A stretch of DNA of 64,000 nucleotides. Origin: the human T2T-CHM13v2.0 reference genome, Homo sapiens. Position 1 is the stretch's first letter. The number at the start of each line of letters is the position of its first letter. A program made the translations under genes and the position numbers. The stretch is from the NCBI RefSeq assembly GCF_009914755.1, contig NC_060930.1; one strand, given 5' to 3'. Positions 37,091 to 64,000 of this stretch are shown in pieces. Below the pieces are notes generated by a model that saw nothing but the letters and a program-made list of their open reading frames with translations, was not told where the DNA came from and did no database searches.

Positions 37091-37872
37091 GGAGTTGGGG
37101 GAAAAGCTAAGTGGGCCAGGGACGCCCTATTCCCCTCCCCGCGGCTGCCTGTCAGAGCGCTTCTGGAGATATTACAGGGGACCCAGCCCGCAGCGACAGG
37201 CACAAAGTCACGGGGTAATGAACTTCGGGGACCCTTCGCCGCTGCGTGCGCGGCTCTCCCCGGAAACCCGGACCTGGCCGCCTCTTCCCTCGGAAGATTT
37301 CCCAGCAATCTAGTTTTCCCACTCTGCGCTTGGGTTCCGGCAGCGCGGAGCCCGTCTGCCTCTGAGACTGCGGTAGTGTTTTCCTTCTTTCCTTGGGAGA
37401 CCAGCGGTCGGCAGAGATTGCCCACACTCTGCATGCCTATGTAGAGGGAGAGATCGAAGACTGAGTGACAGGAATGGGGAAAAAGAGGGATTTCGCTCCG
37501 TAGGAAGGCCATTTTCGTGTCTCCATCTCTGTCTTTCAACATCCCTCTCTTGCTGTTCTTCCTTCTTCCTCAGTCTTCCTGTCCATCTCTCCATCTGTCT
37601 GTCCATGTGTGTGTCCATATCAAGCAGCATTCCCAGCAGCTGCGGTTTTGCAAGAGCCGGGAAGAAACTTAAGGATGCTTAAATTTCCACTGTTGGACGA
37701 ATTCTGAGCGCCCAGGGAGCAGCGCAGCGCGCGACTGACACCCACCTGTCCCGCCCAGGAGCCTTGCAGGCTGGAGGGCGGCTGGAGAGCGGCGGCGCCC
37801 GGCGGCGAGGCGGGCGCTGCCGGCCGGGACTCGGGCAGCGCCCACCAACCGCTCCGCCCCGGGACAGCCAGC

Positions 37873-58564
<20,692 letters not shown>

Positions 58565-59409
58565 GCTCACAAGATACCCACTTTTCAGGATGGGACAGTA
58601 TCAGATGAACTTCAACCCATGGAGAACAAGCCTCAACTAACAAACCCTTCAGGAAGCATATACCGGGGAATGTGTAGCCTTCAGGAAAAAAATGCCAATT
58701 GACACAAAGCATTCCAGTAGCTATGACCTGCCGCCCTGACCAGGATAGGGCGGGTGGGAAGGAGAGGGGTGCAACAGGACCGCCTGCACTGAAAACTCAC
58801 TGCTGCCATGCCCTGGGAGGGGGCAAACTGGGGGTTGCCACAGGCCGTGCCATTCTGCCTCTTACCTGGAAGATCAGGCTGAACGATCAAAAGCTGAAAC
58901 ATAAGTAGTGCTTTCTCTTCCTTTTTAGCATACAAAGTTTGGTAACCAAATATAGCTCTGTGTATAACATCGTACTGCGGCCTTCAAAACTACGTTATGT
59001 TGGAGCATTTATTTTAAAAATAATGGTAGGTTTTAAATTAAAAGTGTTATCAAAAGTTTCCCCTCTATTGTAATACATTATTAAGTGGCCTTCAGAACTG
59101 AGTTAATAAGTGAAAAGTAGCTTATGCCATGTGATTTGCTTTTTCTCTATCTTCTTTTTTCTTTTCTTTCTCTTTCTTTTGTTCTTTCTTCTTCTTTTTT
59201 AATACCATAGGCCAGGCAACCTTGTCAAAGGAATTGATGGACAAAATGAGATTCTCACCAGGACTTCAGGTTGGATAACATGTCAAAAAGAGAAGAGCTT
59301 TACTAAAAGAACATAAGTCAAGGGAGGATGAATAAAAACAGCAAAACCAAATAAAGTGGAGATGAGTGATTGAGTGAGGTAGATTGCTGTCCCGTTAACA
59401 TAGTGCTGA

Positions 59410-59417
59410 AACCAAAG
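59410..59417 (+). promoter_or_regulatory. miR-9-5p seed match (7mer-m8 ACCAAAG) in the 3' UTR
   Basis: AACCAAAG is complementary to miR-9 nt 2-9 (CUUUGGUU); miR-9 repression of TLX is established biology. Confidence 0.7.
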
Positions 59418-59602
59418 GCAGTGGGGGTCCAAACTCGTGGTGCAGCAAGTCACACCAGACAGGAAACGAATATGGACGTAATTGCAGAAGGAACTTCAAG
59501 GAGATGAATGAATGCTAAAAGGGTTCTTGACTGATCCATTGCTAACAGCCTGAGACTCTTCAATGCCTTTCCGAAAACTGGTTTCTAGTAAAGCCTTGAA
59601 TG

Positions 59603-59603
<1 letters not shown>

Positions 59604-59655
<52 letters not shown>
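59604..59655. repeat. (AC)26 microsatellite in the 3' UTR
   Basis: Uninterrupted 52-nt run. Confidence 0.97.
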
Positions 59656-59656
<1 letters not shown>

Positions 59657-59885
59657 GTCCTACACTTTAAGCTGCTCCTTTGGTATGACTCTATACTTAT
59701 GGAAATGTAGAAACAAACATTTTTAAATAGCTGCTGTACTTTTCACATTTTGATTTATTAGGTACTAGCACTGAGGAAAAAAAATTCAGCACTTGGACTA
59801 TCATAGGATGAGTAAAACTTTTCTTGTACAAAGTGAATTAACTGATTTGTGAAGTTAAAAGGTTGTACTCATTGTATTTACAAAG

Positions 59886-59891
59886 AATAAA
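59886..59891 (+). terminator. Polyadenylation signal (probable main NR2E1 PAS)
   Basis: AATAAA preceded by three TGTA (CFIm-type) motifs within ~60 nt and followed by ctctttctgatttctt. Confidence 0.75.
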
Positions 59892-61249
59892 AATATATTG
59901 AATTTAAATGAACTCTTTCTGATTTCTTACCCTCCCTCCCTGGCTGGTTCTCACCCACCAGAAACAAGGTAGGGGCAGCAGCTGGTGTTAAAACTGAAGC
60001 TCGGAGCACTCCAGCACAGAGCCTGCAGAACTGAACTACAAAGGCAATTTCCTTCTTACAGTGAATACCATTTGGAAAATGATGAATAAAGAAATAAAAC
60101 GTAAGATTCTGTTCTCTACAGCTCTCAAATGTAATTGCATCTGTTAGAAAAATTGCTGTGTGAGGAGGAAGGAGGCCGATTAACAGAGTCTTCATTCCTT
60201 CCTCTGTTTCTAACTCTCTTGCCAACATTTCAATCCTGACCAGTCACTTGAAATCATTTAATGATCAAAAAGATAAAGTATGATAAAGTTCATATGGTGA
60301 GTAAGATGTGGAGGGAGCAGTAGAAATGTCATCCAGATGTTCCCAGCAAGTCTTAAGGCACCGGTCCCACAAGCAAAGGCCATCAGAGGTGCCCAAGGCC
60401 ACAGGCACTGTAGACTCCTTTTGGGTGGCAGCTCCAGCAAGAGATGCTTGTGCCTCTGCTCTTGCTAAAATGGTCTTGCGGACCGTATATGTGAAATTTC
60501 AATCAGCTGTGCACTTCTTGTCTACTTATTCTACGGAGAATGAGAATTGGTCTTAAAGAAAAGCACAGTACTCAAAGACTGTGTAAGAATGTCCCTTGCA
60601 ACACTGTTCGTATTTAACAACTTTAGTATCCATTGACAGATAATAGGTACATTGTGGTGAATACAGACAATGTTACCGTAGGCAAAGTGAATGGCTAGAG
60701 CTAATGTATCAACATGGGTAAATCTGAAATACAGTGTGTTTGTGTGTGTTATGGGGAAAGTAAATTGCAGAGGGCACATACAGCTTGGTATCATTTATAT
60801 AAAGTTTTACAACCTACAGAACAATACTAGACAATGTTTATGGGCATATAAATGTATAGGAAACATTTAAAACAGGCATGAGTATTATAAACACTAACTG
60901 CTTGATAGTGGCTACTTCCAAGAAGAGATGGGATGGGTGAAGGGTATAACAGGACCCTCAAATGTTTCTGTAATGGTTAATTTCATAAGAAAAAAATCTC
61001 AAACAAATATGAGATGAATGACAAGATTTAGTAAAGCTGAGTGATGGGTCCAAGGCTGTTCATCTGTGTATCAGTCAAGTTTTCCTTCAATAATACTGAA
61101 TAACAAACATCCCTCAAAGCTTACAGCAACAAACTCTTATAACTTGCTCACAGGACTGCCAGCCTCATGTGGCTGTGCAGGGCTTGGCTGGGCTCAGCTG
61201 GAGCTGACTCCAGGCTATAGTTTGGGTTTAATATGCTCCAGGGAGTCTG

Positions 61250-61596
<347 letters not shown>

Positions 61597-62148
61597 TCAT
61601 GGCAACGTGCAGAAGTGCAAGAGGCTGATGCAAACACATTTACAGCTGCTACTCACTTCACATTGCTTACTTTCCCCCGGCCACAGCAAGATCGATGGTC
61701 AACCTTCCCAACCTTAAATGGGCAGAGAAGTGCACTCCTCCCGTAGAGGTGGAGTGAGGAGAGAAGATTCACTGAACTATAACAAAATCTAGTACAATCA
61801 CAATCTACTTTAGTCTATTATAAATATTCTCAGGAAAATTAAAAGGGAGTAAGATTCTTGTGACAAGCCACAGAATACTGATTCCTACTGGGATTGCTTT
61901 TCTTTTGGGCATCTGTGTCATTATTTAAAAAAAAAAAAAAAAGCAAGCCTGGCTTTCAACATTTGAGAAGGCCCAGAATTTAAAGCTCAGTAGCAGATAT
62001 TCTCTATGGCTGGTGTTGTGGGGGAGGCTCAACAGTGGTCCGTGAATACACAAGTTCAAGATATACAATCCAAATGGACAAATAAGAGATGCATTCAGCC
62101 AAATGATTATTCCAGTAAGAAAGAAAAAATTGTCTTCAATGCTTCTCC

Positions 62149-62458
<310 letters not shown>

Positions 62459-62799
62459 AATGCTTCTCCTTTGATAAATGTTTTTTCTAAATCTTGGAGG
62501 GTCACTTTTCAAAAGTGTTATTTACATACCATGGCTATTAGATATGATGTCTTACATTTGTGTTTAACTTACTTTTAGTTATCCTTTGATACAAGAGAAG
62601 AGAGAGAACAGGCGGTGAGCTCAGTCTCTGAATTGAGACTCCTAAATTATTTTACATATAGCTCAAGGTTTTCAATCCAATGTAGGAGCCCAAGCACTGA
62701 ATCCATTGGCCAGAGATTACTCATGGCTGCCTTTCTTAAACATTTTATAAAAATGGAAACACTACTTTTCTGCAAGTTTCTTTTTTGCCTAAGGCTATC

Positions 62800-63140
62800 T
62801 CTCCTGATGAATACATATGGCTCTACCTCATTCAATTTAACATCTATCTAGTATTCCATTTTAAGGATGGACCACTGTTTACCCAACTAATTCCTTGTTC
62901 AGGAACTTGGGTTGCTTGCAGTGTTTCACTATAATAAATTAAACTGCAAAGAACTCACCTTCCATATACACTTTTGTGGGTTTGTGGGGGTGTTTCCGTA
63001 GGATAAACTCTTAGAAGTGGCATTTCTGGGTCAAAGATTATATGCATTTTTAATTTTGATAGATACAGCCAAATGGCTCTCCAAAGGGTTGTATCAATTT
63101 GCACTCCTGCCAAGAGGGTATGAGAGGGCCCATTTCATTG
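62800..63140 (-). mobile_element. Old L1M fragment
   Basis: tttccgtaggataaactcttagaagtggcatttctgggtcaaag...caatttgcactcctgccaa (antisense L1 3' region). Confidence 0.65.
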
Positions 63141-63423
63141 CTCAGAATTTAAAAGTGCTTAATCAGACACAGGCTTGATGAACACTTCAGAAGCTGTTAG
63201 AAAAATACAGAGAATGCATATGTTTCTATTGTGAATATGCCTCTGCTACAATGCTTCCTGGACTCATTAAGTAGGTCCCACCCTGTACTGATAGAGCTTG
63301 GTTCCACCAAATTTTTAGCACAGGCCACTTCTAAGAACTTTTGGGAGTGCCCATGCTACAGTGAAGGTTTAGAGAAAGGGTAAATGAAAATGTGAAAATG
63401 TAGAACCAGGTTGGCTGAGGCTT

Positions 63424-64000
<577 letters not shown>

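Larger units (their letters stand above)
58565..59912 (+). other. NR2E1: NR2E1 3' UTR (3' end approximate)
   Basis: Runs from the stop codon to AATAAA at 59886-59891, which has upstream TGTA elements and downstream T-rich sequence. Confidence 0.75.

Noticed and set aside
59375-59382. TGAGGTAG in the 3' UTR, identical to the let-7 5' end
   Set aside because: Sense orientation, so not a target site; only 8 nt and no precursor hairpin. I saw no canonical CTACCTC let-7 site in this UTR.

Overview
This is primate (almost certainly human) genomic DNA containing the complete nuclear receptor gene NR2E1 (TLX, the tailless homologue) on the + strand. I assembled nine coding exons by hand from GT-AG boundaries: 37873-37897, 42565-42710, 45943-46030, 47610-47845, 49200-49346, 51432-51528, 51916-52065, 52655-52760 and 58402-58564. 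They join into an open 1158-nt CDS (385 aa, [21 protein letters not shown]...RLLSDMYKSSDI). A second in-frame first coding exon at 39134-39269 would give a 422-aa isoform. The first ~26.6 kb is dense with Alu, old L1 and MaLR/ERVL repeats and has one isolated CpG island (~4.9-5.3 kb). No Alu is visible from ~26.65 kb to ~52.27 kb, a stretch with several CpG islands and AT-rich motif-dense patches. Almost all entries in the ORF track are spurious Alu or GC-rich ORFs. I found no new protein-coding system, CRISPR array or structural RNA gene. The best leads are regulatory hypotheses: recurring TLX half-sites (AAGTCA) next to SOX motifs; proximal poly(A) signals just upstream of a miR-9 seed site; inverted Alus bracketing frame-shifting exon 8; five uORFs; a candidate spliced upstream lncRNA; and a perfect 78-bp tandem duplication. 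Repeat boundaries and subfamilies are by eye and approximate.
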